DNA from: Octopus vulgaris
Lineage: Eukaryota
Assembly: GCA_951406725.2 (NCBI GenBank)
Contig: OX597820.1
Span: 43,524,001 to 43,588,000, forward strand
Length of the DNA: 64,000 nt
Reading direction: 5' to 3'
The position numbers and the translations under genes were made by a program. Positions within the stretch are counted from its first letter, which is position 1. Each line of letters begins with the position of its first letter. The notes beneath the pieces are model-generated. The model saw nothing but the letters and a program-made list of their open reading frames with translations, ran no database searches and was not told the DNA's origin. Below, in pieces: positions 25,938 through 38,666 of the stretch.

Positions 25938-28665
25938 CATCATCATCATTATTATCATCATTATCATCATTATTACTATTGTTAATATTAATATTAATAT
26001 TTGACTTATTATTAATCAATAGATTTTTTTGTTTCCATTAGTTTTTTGATAAATGTATTTTGTCGCAGCTTTAATCAAGCCATTTCTTGTATTTCTTCAA
26101 TACGTTGTTTTTTTTAAACTTTTTTTTGTTAGATTATTGATGATGGTGCAGAAGATTATGCATCCGACATTGCTGCTACTGTTCCTGAATATGATGTTCG
26201 CGAGGAAGATGATGATGATGATGATGATGACGTTGATGAACTGAAAAAAACAACAAGACAAAATATGTATAATAAATATAAACAAAAAAGAAACAAATGA
26301 AGCGCTAACACATATTTCATTGGTGTTTATTCCTTATAGAACAAAGAAAACTTCAACGCAAAACCAGTTACTTTTGCGAATTTAGGAGCATTAGAGAAAG
26401 TAACAACGACACAAAAAGTGGGTGTGAGATAACGAGAGATGTAAAGGAAGAGAACGACCATATCTGAAAAAAAAAATATTTATATTATGTTAATGCTTAT
26501 TACCAAAAGAGGAATCTGAAAATGATTAATGATGTTTGACGACTTGATGCCGTAATGAAATAATCTGAAAATATCACTTAAATAATATGGCAAGTCTTCA
26601 TAATTTTGATCAAATATACCCAAGGGAAAATGTATATTTTCACATGACTGGGAATAAACACACGTGTACATAAACTAACATAAGAGCAAAATGTTGAATT
26701 TAATATATAAATTCGTGGTAAAAACAGAAATTTCTAATTCACTATGTCTAAATGTATAACGGCAAGACGTCTGGCTGAACCTGTGTATATATGTGAGTGC
26801 TTGTATGTGTGGGAGATAGAAATTCTTTAATTTTTTATATGCCTACGTATGTGTGTGTATGTGTGTGTGCCTCTGTATATTTAAAGTAATCCGAATAATG
26901 GTAAGCAGGTGAACGAATTTCGTGGCAAACGCTCCATTGTGGTTGAAAAATAATATGAAAGTATTTTGAAGAAATAGAAATCAAGAAAAGAAAAGCAATA
27001 GCATAAATGCAGAACTGGTATATTAGATTTACGCTCGGAACATAAAAAAGATCCCACTAAAGTGTCTGTGATCTGGACTAAATCCCTTCATCATTGAAAA
27101 AAAACAAAAAAAAAACATTGCAAGAACGAAAACAGAGGGAGCATTTGCATCGATGGTATTAGATGGTAGTTTGCAGGAGTGGAGAAAGGGCAAGAAAGGT
27201 TTTGAAAAAGGAACTGGTTTTTGAGACTTAAAGAGTGAATACGCCTACGATTTGGACTGAATGTCTTCCATCAGATAAAAGTTAACAAATGACATTAAAA
27301 GAAAGGCGAAATGAGAGAGAATTGTTGTTTCGAAACGTTGTTTTGGCTGGTAAGTTAGTTGGATATGAAAGAGCGCTTGGAGAACGAATAACAGAGAAGA
27401 TAACGGGTGAGTGTCAAATTGTATATGTATATAAATCTAGCTTATCTTCGTTTGCAGGGGAATATACCATTTGCGCTTCTATTGTTGAAACAGCTGTGAG
27501 AGACTATCAACGCACATGGCTTTCTTTTTCTCTCTTCTATTCCGTTTAAATATATAAATGTAATAATCTAAAAATATACCAGTTGTTTGTCAAGTCAATC
27601 TCTTATTTTGCACATACCGGCAAAAGATAAACCGTCTAAACCTATTTATTGTTAGGCAGCTGTAACAGCACTGCATTTTGTTTTAGTTGCAGTAGAATTT
27701 GGAAATTTAGGAGATAGGTCGTCAATTTGATTACTAATTGTATATAATTTTTACAGTATGTTACTAGACGGAATATTACCTAAACTCTCTCCCTTTCCCT
27801 CTTTCTCAGTACTATAAGTTCAATGAAAATAATGTCCCTTTCTATAAACACATTTTCTTGAGATTGTTTTAGTTAATTTGGGAAATGGATATTAATAGTC
27901 CCGACCACAAGATTTTTCTAATTATGTTTGGGCTCTCCAATTACTTGTACTGTGCCAAAAGCATCACCACAAATTTTTCAACAGTGGCACTAATGTTTGC
28001 GGACACGAATCTTGCATAACTACTGTGGATATACTTCGACATCACTCTGTAAAGAATTATGTAACATATGAACTATGCATGTCAACTTGCTTCATCTTTA
28101 GATATAATCAACAAGCACAAGCTCTCGAATGCCCTGCCCCACAAGAGAGTGCACTAAACCTGTCATGCATTATGCAGTTTTCCACCCAACTCAACCTTTG
28201 ATGACATATGTAAACTGTCAACATTTTTTTTTTGATTTTCTTTAATATTTACGGCACGTCAATTTACTGCTGCGTTGTTTTGGATGAATTTTCGGGAAAG
28301 GAAGCACTCACTTTTGTAACATACATTTTCCACATATATTCATTTCTCGGAAGCTGAATCATAACTTCAACTCATATGACTCACTACGCTAACATAAGCT
28401 GTTTTCGTAAAGGCGTTGCTGGTTATTTGAAACTATGCTCGTTTGTTTAAATCTCAGGTTTTCAGTTTATTTATCCGTGATTTTCCAGAAAAATGTAGAC
28501 ATATTTTATGCTACTGTCATCATAGCTATATTTTTTGCGTCACACCTGGCTTCATTTGCAATAAAACATACAAGGTAAATAAATATGTGCATATGTGTGT
28601 ACGTGTGTGTTTGTGTTTGTGCGTGTGTGCGTGTATGTGAGTGTAGATAGATATAGATATATATC

Positions 28666-28707
<42 letters not shown>

Positions 28708-29349
28708 TGTGTATAATTAGTATATATTTATTTGTATGTATACATGTCTATATGTATGTTTGTATTATGTATGCATTTATGTATGTATGTAAATGTACAC
28801 AATCACACACACACACATATATACACACACCGCATATTAAGAAATATTAAGAATCGCCGATAATTAAGAATGAATTTCTTTATTAAGAATGAGGGAATGC
28901 GAATGCTCTTGTTTTTAACTCCACAAAACAAAGTGGACTTTCCGAAAAATGTTGTTGTTATGAAGATCATAACGAATCTTCTTTCATTAAGTACATCCGA
29001 AACAAATCATTTTCTATACCGGGAGATCTTTCAATGCGCATGTGCACAGTAAGAGAACTGTCACAAAACAGCAGCAACAACAGCTACAACAACAGCAAGA
29101 AGAAGAACACAACAACGACAGCGACAGCAACTACAACAAGAAAGGGTTGTATTGTGAGTTCTTATTGATGGTAGTGACAAAATTTCTTTTAAATATATGT
29201 TAGAATATGACAAGACAGCGATGAGGATAATGTCAACAAGAAGGAGGAAGCGGCGGAGGAAGGTGGTGAGGATAATGTGGCGGGGGTGAAGAAAACGAAA
29301 AATAAAGAAAAGAATATGGCAAATAAATATTCAAAAACAAATAGCAATA

Positions 29350-29840
29350 GAAAGGTGGTGGTGGTGATAGTGGTGCCTCTGCTGCTGCTGCTGCTGCTGC
29401 TAATGCTGCTGTAAATACTGCTGCCCCTGATGTTGTTCCTGATGCTGCCCCTACCACAACTACTTCTCCTACTGCTGTTCCTGTACTGTTGCTAGGTGTA
29501 GTAGGGGTGGCATTTTGAGATTGTGATGGTGATTGGTACCTGTGATTGTTGTTGTGGGGGATTTCATGTGTGGTGGTGAGGGTTACTGTAATGGTGCTGT
29601 TGTTGCTGTTGGTCGTGGTGGTGATGGTGGTGGTGGAAGTGTTCTTTATGATGGTGGTAATGATGATGATGATGGTGGAAATAATGATGGCGCTTGTTAT
29701 GGTCGTGGTTCCAATGATGAAATTGACGAAGATGAAGGGGATGGAGAAGATGATGAAGACGATTACGATGATGATGAGGAGGAGGAAGGAGAGGAGAGTG
29801 AAAACGATGATGATGATGACGATTACAATGACGTTGACAT

Positions 29841-29871
<31 letters not shown>

Positions 29872-29922
29872 ATGATGTACACAATCACACACATGATGAT
29901 GATGATGATGATGATGATGACG

Positions 29923-29956
<34 letters not shown>

Positions 29957-30070
29957 CGACGATGAGGATGATGACGATGGCAATGACGATGATGATGGTG
30001 GTGACGATGATGATGGTGGTGGTGGAGGTTGTGGTGGTGCTGATGATGATGATGATGATGAGATGACAGT
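29350..30070. repeat. Degenerate compound trinucleotide region (GCT/GGT/GAT/GAC)
   Basis: Directly visible. Similar compound tracts at 22740-22893 and 25780-25985, and (CTT)n at 33215-33490. Confidence 0.9.
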
Positions 30071-30401
30071 GATGTTCATGATAATAGAAAAGAAGAATTT
30101 TTTTTTGAAATAAGAATACTCATATATTCGGTTTAAGAGACAAAAACAATCAACTAGACACTTCCATTTTGTTGTCTCCCAAGATATCGATGAAGTTTTC
30201 GTAAAGTTCTTCAGGGGCGTCTGCTTAATTCGATTTTTTCTTGATTGGCAGCTGCGTCCCACAGTGAAGGAAGTAAATCTATTTCAAAATAGAAAAAAAA
30301 AAAATCCTGATGGAAAGCGTGTGAGCAAAGAAAAGAAAAAGAATAAAAACAATAATACTAATACTACTACTACTAATAATAATAATAATAATAATAATAA
30401 C

Positions 30402-30456
<55 letters not shown>

Positions 30457-30910
30457 CAAAAAAAAATACATATGATGCTGAAGATAAAGTTTTGATAAAT
30501 GAAACAATAGTGAAGATGCTACCAGTCTCATTCATATTAGCAAGCTGATTGGAGTATAATTTTAATTAGCGCTTTTTCTTCCGATAACAGGAAAAAAGAC
30601 AGGCTTCTGATGAATTTAACCAAAGTGATTATAATGTATTGTAGATAACCAACAGGTGTGAGTGTTACACAACATATGATTGGATTTGAGAAATTACATC
30701 ATGCCTACATACATATATACATGCACACACATACATACATATACATACACACACACATATATGTATATATATGTATATATATATATATACATATATATAT
30801 ATCTCGGAGTAAGCACATAAATGTGAAACAAGGTGGGAAAAAGAGTACTCAGATACCAGAGGTAGAGTAATATGCTTTATTTAAAAGCAGCAAATATATA
30901 TAACATAGAG

Positions 30911-30948
30911 CTGTTACTCAGAGTTTCACGTTCCTGCTCGTCGGACAG
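30911..30948 (-). ncRNA. Hammerhead ribozyme-like motif (U4C core variant), left arm of a mini fold-back
   Basis: Minus strand: CTGT CCGACGA GC-aggaac-GT GAAA CTC-t-GAG TA ACAG. Confidence 0.65.
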
Positions 30949-31002
30949 TTTCGTTAAAATAGAACAGGAGTAGAAATCTCTTTATGTTCCATTGTAACAA
31001 AA

Positions 31003-31038
31003 CTGTTCGACGAACAGAGACGTGAAACTCTGAGTAGC
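31003..31038 (+). ncRNA. Decayed hammerhead-like motif, right arm of the mini fold-back
   Basis: ctgt TCGACGA AC-agagac-GT GAAA CTC-t-GAG TA; the stem I 3' strand is partly deleted. Confidence 0.5.
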
Positions 31039-31215
31039 TTTTGTTATATATCTGCTGCTTTTAAATAAAGTATATATATATATAAACGTATACAATTATG
31101 TGTATACATATACATATCTTTCTTTTTATATATATGTATATATACATGTATGTATGTCTGTATGCATATGTGTGTTTATGTATATATGTGTTTATGTATA
31201 TATAAATACATATAC

Positions 31216-31259
<44 letters not shown>

Positions 31260-31815
31260 TTGCATGTTTGTATGAGTATATGTGTATATATATGCGTAGA
31301 TATTTACACATGTGTATCTCTCCCTCTGTGTGTGTATATATATATATATACGCATGTATATGCGTCTGTCTGTATGTGTATGTATATCTATGGGTGTATG
31401 TTTCTATGTGTATATTTATGTTTTTGTGTATTTGTGTATAGGTATATATTTGTTCTCCATGCATGTGCATAGATATATGTTTATGTGCGAGTATACGTGT
31501 GTATGGATAGATATATCTGTATCACCCGTACTTTCAGTTTTTCACTTCAATTAATTTAACTTGTATAATTTTCGTTTTTGGATTTGGTTTTCAAGATTCT
31601 TTATATGACTTCGTGTGGTGAAGCACATCCTGTTGCGTCTGGGGAGAGTTATTTTCTTTTTGTGCCTTATAATGTAACACACTCACCAGTAAAATTTTGT
31701 TTGGAATTACCTTCTCCACTTTCTAATTAAATTAGCACTAATGTTTATGCGAATATATATACCCAGGTATATATTTGGGTACGTGTATATATGTGTGTGT
31801 GTATGTATATGCATG

Positions 31816-32030
31816 TGAGCTGGCAGAATCGTTAGCTCGCCGGGCGAAATTCTTATCGGTAATTCGTCTGCTATTACGTTGTGAGTTCAAATTCCGTCGA
31901 GGTCGATATTGACTTTCATCCATTCGGAATCGATTGAATAAGTACCAGTTACGCACATAGGTTGATGTAATCGACTTAATCCCTTTGTTCTTCTTTGTTC
32001 CCTCTATGTTTACCACCACCCTGGGCAAGA
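31816..32030 (+). mobile_element. SINE family A
   Basis: Head and core match. Further partial or decayed copies at ~22897-23025, 33095-33190, 34997-35197, 36950-37100, 41335-41502 (-), 46065-46290 and 62229-62415. Confidence 0.8.
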
Positions 32031-32056
32031 AATATATATGTGTATGTATGTATGGT

Positions 32057-32100
<44 letters not shown>

Positions 32101-32101
32101 C

Positions 32102-32136
<35 letters not shown>

Positions 32137-32285
32137 TGCATCTATATATGTATGTGTGTATGCATGCACGTATGTACGTGTATGTATGTGTATATATATA
32201 TGTTGAAAAAGTCTGAATCATTGGAATCGGTATTGAATTGTTTTTTACACAATCATTTTAGCATTCTCTATCTTGACTCTTTTCC

Positions 32286-32325
<40 letters not shown>

Positions 32326-32427
32326 GCTCATGCATCAATAACTATATATCACTCTGCCCATACATCTCATTTTATTTTAATTTTATTTTAATTTTTGATT
32401 TTTTAATTTCTATTTTCCCTATATATG

Positions 32428-32470
<43 letters not shown>

Positions 32471-32474
<4 letters not shown>

Positions 32475-33078
32475 CAATTGAGGATAAAATTTTTAAAAGA
32501 AATTATCAGTAGTCAGCGTGAAAAACCTCGTAAGAGAAAAAATCCGTGAATTCTTCCTCTTTGAAAATATTCATTTATATTATATTGAGGGTACTACTAT
32601 TCGTAGATACCAACACGCTAAGAGGGACCAATGCGGTCAAAACTACTAAAAATAAACAAAATTTTACCGAATGCAAAACTTCAAAACACATCATTTTAAA
32701 AAAGAATTCAGTTACATATCACATGTGATTTCGCATTTAATGCAGAATATGCATTTCATGTTCGTCAGTGCAACAAACTCAAGAAATATAAGAAAAAACA
32801 TAACATTACAAACTCGATAGCCAACCGTAGAATTCGTCGTAGCATGTACGAATGTTTATCCTTACACATCTATGAAAATGGCGGGCTTTTTCGCAATGCA
32901 TTTCGGTAACAAATTGCCTAGTCGGAATAAAAATTCAGTATTGAACTATTCCGGGGAAAAATATAAATTAACAATTGAGGATAAAATCTTTAAAAGAAAT
33001 TATCAGTAGTCAGCGTGAAAAACCTCGTAAGAGAAAAAATCCGTAAATTCTTCCCCTTTGAAAATATTCATTTATATT
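32471..33078 (-). mobile_element. Non-coding HHR-containing unit with partial tandem repeat (pLTR/retrozyme-like)
   Basis: 32471-32581 recurs at 32968-33078 (period 497), with one HHR between the copies. The left end lies in (TA)n. Confidence 0.65.
32711..32774 (-). ncRNA. Type I hammerhead ribozyme with canonical core and extended stem II
   Basis: Minus strand: GTTGCA CTGACGA aCAT-ga-AATGCA-tattc-TGCATT-aa-ATGc GAA ATCACATGTGAT A^ TGTAAC. Stem I has 6 bp (one G-U) and stem III is a 12-nt perfect palindrome. The 10.1-11.1 pair is an A-C mismatch. Confidence 0.8.
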
Positions 33079-33821
33079 GAATATAATATAAATGAAGTAC
33101 CAGTTATTGGGGTCGATATAATCGACTTGATCCATTTGTCTGTCTTTGTTTGTCCCCACTATGTTTAGCCCCTTGTGGGCAGTAAAGAAATATATATGCA
33201 ACTCTACCCAATGTATATTCTTCTTTCTTTTTCTTTTTCTTCTTCTTCTTCTTCTTAGTCGTCGTCTTCTTCTTCTCCTTCTTCTTCTTCTTCTTCTTCT
33301 TCTTCTTCTTCTTCTTCTTCTTTTCCTTCTTCTTCTTCTTCTTCGTCTTCTTTTTCTTCTTGTGTTTCTTCTCCTTTTTCTTCTTCTTTCTTCTTCTTTT
33401 CTTTCTCCTTCATCCGATTATTCTTCTTTCTCTTCTCTTCCTGCTACTTCACCTTCGTCTTCTCCTATTCCTTTTCCTCCTCCTCCTCCTTCCATTTATC
33501 CCTCCTATCATTATACGTATCCACCCACTTTGCCCCCCCCCTTACACGCATAATATCTTCTCCACATACTCATCCGGCATACGCACTTTTATTATTTTTA
33601 CTTTTTGTTTTCTCCCCATTATTTCCTAACAACAACATCAGACAGATCCACAATGTTATAGCACACTTTTGATGCAAATCTGAGGAAGCATCTTTCCAAT
33701 AGCTAAAACTTCAAATATTACGTGATATTTCTTGTGAATTTTCGTGTAAACTGGCTTTGCAAATGGACATGGCACGGAAACATTTGTAACTTATAATTAA
33801 AGATATTCAAAGAATTTTTTT

Positions 33822-33856
<35 letters not shown>

Positions 33857-34134
33857 GGTGCGTCGCTTCCTGGTGAAGCTGTTGCACTCACAATCACTGG
33901 GTCGTAGGATCAATCCCTAGAACGGAAGATGGGTTGGGTTTTTGAATTAAATACTACATTTCTCTTTGCTCCAAATCCCCTTCGGGCAGGTTGGCCTGCT
34001 CGACTAGCCAGCGAGGTGGTGTCATTCGTGGGCTATAAAGATGCAAGGTGATCACGTGATGACGTAGTATATATAAACGGTGGTGCATCAGAATAGCCGC
34101 TGCTCTGAGCTGAAACTAGAGAGAGAAAAAAATA

Positions 34135-34170
<36 letters not shown>

Positions 34171-34226
34171 TGTATGTATGTATGTATGTATGTATGTACA
34201 CACACACATTTATTTATTTATATATA

Positions 34227-35805
34227 CATTCTCTTCGAACTAAATTTAATAATTTGCATAAAAAAGAAAAGCAAATATCCTATGCAAATTCAAAGATATT
34301 TAAAAAGTAAAAAAAACATCAACAACAATATGACACGTTAATAGCAGCTTATTGAAAGTAACAACTCCCACCTTTTAGCACAGCCTGTAGACGTCTCTAG
34401 ACCCTATCGCATACCTTCCTCCCTGAGCCCCTGCGAAAATCTTCGAAAATTTCCTTGATCTCGGCCACCTACTCAGCCTTGGTATTGCATTCAGAACAGT
34501 TGATGTCTTTTGCAACTGTGCCCCACTTATTAGAATGATATTAGAATCTACAGGCTAGATTTTGGAGCCGGCAGAAGTGTAGAAATTCTCCGACAACCAA
34601 TTCTGAGTCTTTCCAGAGGTGTGGCTATGAACTGACTCCTGCTGCCATACATATGGCCTTCCAGCATTAGATCTTTTTAGAGGTTAGATTTTGGAGCCGG
34701 CAGAAGTGTAGAAATTCTCCGACAACCAAATTCTTAGTCTTTCCAGAGGTGTGGCTATGAACTGACTCCTGCAGCCATACATATGGCCTTCCAGCATCAG
34801 ATATTTTTAGTCTGTAGCATCCGATTGAACTGAGGCAAAGTCCCTATTCGAAGATGTGAGGTAACATGACGTCAACCTCACTGGAAAAGCACACTAAGAC
34901 TAACACAGTGTGAGGAAACTTAATTTATATGATACGTGGGACATCCCATGGTATGTAGGGAAGACACATTTCATTCTGGGTGTTGTGCAACTGGGCTTGG
35001 CGAAACGCTTAGCGGTATTTCGTCTGCCGTTACGTTCTGAGTTCAAATTCCGCCGAGGTCGACTTTGCCTTTCATCCTTTCGGGGTCGATTAATTAAGTA
35101 CCAGTTATGTACTGGGGTCGATGTAATCGACTTAATCCCTTTGTCCTTGTTTGTTCCCTCTATGTTTAGCCCCTTCTGGGCAATAAAGAAATAAGAAGTT
35201 ATTTTTATTTGAGAAAACCAGATCATTCCCGGCTTAATAGTGTACCTTACCTTGTTCAGCAGTTTCTTTGAATTCCTCCAGTGGTTCACCTTATTCTAGG
35301 TTATCAGAATTTGTTCCTTGTGCCTCTTGTATATGTAGTAGTGAAGGTGCTTGTTTAGGACCATCTTGATGCTGGCGACCATAACACATGCCTCTCACCA
35401 AATCCCGGATTATCTTGCTCTGACCTTCTATTACCCTGTCCTGCAGATGTTGGATGGTCACCGGCCTTCGGACGCGGTCAGAATGCTTGCCATGTTCCTT
35501 CCAGCTCGCCACAACTTCGTTTGTCTCGGTTGCAGCTGCCCATGTCACATTTTGCAGCTATTCCAGTGTTGACAGAGCATTAAACAGCAGTCATGGTGTC
35601 AGAATTTTGATACCCCGAGCAAATCATCCTCATGCAGGTAACTCATTTCCTATATTCGACTCCTCTACGTCAGTAAATTTTTTTTTTATCAACTGCTACG
35701 TTGATCTTCTCGAACGTTTTCGAAAACCGTCGACTGTTCGCCAATATATGAAACTGTTCCTGAAAAAATAAGTAACCATTCGTCAAATTTATTCCGAACA
35801 TCCTA
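34227..35805 (-). mobile_element. Decayed Tc1/mariner transposon (probably DD37D/maT-like) with an internal SINE and a tandem duplication
   Basis: Minus-strand remnants KKLLNKV...PGMIWFS and AGRPYVWQQES.HSHTSGKTQNWLSENFY. Decayed TIRs at ~34227 and ~35785-35805. 34552-34680 is duplicated at 34681-34810, and a SINE sits at ~34997-35197. Confidence 0.8.
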
Positions 35806-36417
35806 TAAACACCACACACACACACACATACACACACACAATCACGCACACACGAATACACACATATTCATATGCACTTTGTGTGTGTGTGTGTGTGTGT
35901 GAGTGATAGAGAGAGAGAGAGAGAGAAAGAGATGGAGAGATATTACGAAAAACCTACACACATTAAGATTTTCTCAATCAAGATTTTGAGTAACTCTATT
36001 AGGTCATTATCTAAATTTATTCTGCATTCCATGCAAACATCTGATTATTTCACAAAAGGATGATAGTCCATCAAATGTAAGGTTTAGAATTAAGATGAAA
36101 CATAACTACCTCAAGTGAATATATGCAAATAAAACGAAGACACCATTAAACAGAAAATCAAATCAGCTATTGAAACACACGCACACATATGTTTGTATTG
36201 TATGTATACATGTGTGTGTGCATATGTGTGTGTGTGTGTGCTTGTGCATGTACGTGGTGGGGTGTACATGTATATGTTGGTATACATATATATATGTACT
36301 TTGCTCGAGGCCATTTCACGAGAAAAGTGACTTTTGATACTAACAATGCACCCAGTTTTGGCTCATTTAAGTATTTAGAGGTACACCTAAAATATTTCAG
36401 ACATAAAAATGTATGTA

Positions 36418-36862
36418 GGCGTAGGAGTGGCTGTGTGGCAAGTAGCTTGCTTACGAACCACATGGTTCCAGGTTTAGTCCAACTGCGTGGCACCTTGGGT
36501 AAGTATCTTCTACGATAGCGTAGGGTGCACCAAAGCCTTGTGAGTGCATTTAGTAGACGGAAACTGAAAGAAGCCCGTCGTATATATGTATATCTTGTTT
36601 GCAAGATATATATATGTGTGTGTGTGTGTGTGTATATATATATTTGTGTGTCTGTGTTTGCCCCTCCCCCGCCCCAACAGCTCTTGACAACCGATGCTGG
36701 TGTGTTTATGTCCCCGTAACTTAGCAATTCAGCAAAAGAGACCGATAGAATAAGTACTAGGCTTACAAAGAATAGGTCCTGGGTGTCGATTTGCTCGACT
36801 AAAGGTGGTGCTCCAGCATGGCCACAGTCAAATGACTGAAACAAGTAAAAGAGTAAAAGAGT
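36418..36862 (+). mobile_element. SINE family B
   Basis: ggcgtaggagtggctgtgtgg...ccttgggtaagt...tgactgaaacaa(gtaaaaga)2. Decayed copies at ~8119-8515, 43565-43720, 45300-45718 (-) and 46455-46885. Confidence 0.88.
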
Positions 36863-38666
36863 ACGTCCAGCAATTGACTGCTTCGTATATATTTCTGATA
36901 ATCACTTCAGTGTATTGCTTTATTTATGTATTATAATATCGTCTATTGTAGTGTTGTCAGAATCATTCGATGCATGATAAAATCCTGTACGGTATTCGCC
37001 CTCTTCGCCCTTTTCATTATGAGATCACATCATACAGAGTTTAACTTCGCCTTCCGTCCTTCGAAAGTCTATAAAATAAAGTACCAGTGAAATACTGAGT
37101 CTTGCGGGGTATTAATAGTATGCAAGGGTGAAATATTACAAGCCTTTTATGCAGTGTAAAAATCGGTGCTTCAAAATTGAGATCAAGCACATTTGTACTG
37201 CTATTGATGCTAGATTTGATATCAATGCCGACATATATTTTATAAGCTCTTAAAGATTCTTACTTTCTGATCTATTTTTTATATGGATAAGCAATTTCCA
37301 GCAGTCTTGTGTCTACTACATTACTGCTTTAATATCGTATAATCAAATCTTCAATCTCCTAAAATCTATATTTGTATTCTAAGTATACAACACAGTTTGG
37401 TAGCTTATATGAATATAGATATATAATTATGCGTGCATGCACGTAAGAAAATTGTTAACTGCATGAGTTTTTATAAATAAGTGTAAATCTGTGTTTGCGC
37501 TTCGGTGTACAAGTATGTGTGTGCGTGTGTGAGTGGATGCGTGTGTGTGTGTGTGTGACTGCGTGCTTGCGTGCGTGTATTTCAGTGTAAGCAAAGTACA
37601 TCTCTTCGCTCTGCATAAGGTGTTGCCACGTTTAGTATCGTGTTAGAAGCAAGGTACATTACAATGTTAGTCGCAGCGTGATGTCGAATAATATTCCTGC
37701 CGCTACGCTAGCATCAATTTAAGAAATATTGCCGATCTGAAGTTTTATTGCTGACGTTCTGTGAGTCAACATCAAAGCAATTTGTTCAGCTGAATGATAT
37801 CACTTGTCATTGGTTTACAATTGAGCTTAACAACTATTAATGAGCATTTAAATGAAATTTAACCAAGCACTTTACCTTTATTTCGATCAATTCGGAAGCA
37901 TTAGAATTCTTATGGGTCACCAGGCGCGCAGTCGTTCGGTCAGTAAGCTAGACAGTTGAATATATACGAAGATTCCAGCGTGGATATATGAATATTTTCA
38001 GGTGAAGACGATTAACAAGTCAAGTTTCTTGAGTGTTAAATTGAATTCCGTTATTAACAAACTCTACTACTTACAATACCACTGATGAAAAGATGGTACT
38101 GTTTTTGCCACTGTTTTTTTTACTCGTATTATTCTTGCTGTTCTTTATGTCCAGGTCAACGTTAAACCCCAGCATACCCCTTTGATAAAACTTGTTCTAT
38201 ATGCGACTAGTCGTCCGGTTTTTCTTTTCAACCTTTGAAACATGCTGTAAACACTGCTTCGTTATCCAATATTGAATATGGAGAACTGAGAGAGAATGTT
38301 GCTGCTATATCTCCATGTTCGATTCACCTTAGAGACTCAAACGTTAGTCAATATAGATTTGCAATTAACTCAAGGAAGAGTGTATGTTCAATTGTTGAAT
38401 ACCTATAAGTGTGTGCGCATGCGCATGTTCCTATATGTAAATAGTTATATATGTTTTGTGAACGTGTCCAGTCTGTACATTTTCATTTTAACAATAAAAA
38501 TAATAAGCTGAATCTGATTCATTATAACAGAAAATATTTGCAGCATAAAGCTATATGAAGGATTTTTCCTCTCAAACGAACACTTATAAATCTCAGGTAG
38601 CTTATACAACAATATGTATGTGTGTGTGTGGGGGTGTTTGTTTGTGTGTGTGAGTGAGTGTGTATA

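Larger units (their letters stand above)
30875..31070. mobile_element. Miniature non-coding fold-back element with HHR-bearing inverted arms (probably PLE pLTR-derived)
   Basis: Arm 30875-30956 is an imperfect reverse complement of arm 30995-31070. The right end abuts (TA)n. Confidence 0.7.

Noticed and set aside
27880-28260. Possible hAT transposase remnant on the minus strand
   Set aside because: Too decayed; no motif could be read with confidence.
29533-30066. 177-aa Asp/Gly-rich ORF resembling acidic biomineralisation proteins
   Set aside because: It lies in degenerate GAT/GGT triplet repeats that are open in several frames on both strands; there is no signal peptide or splice context.
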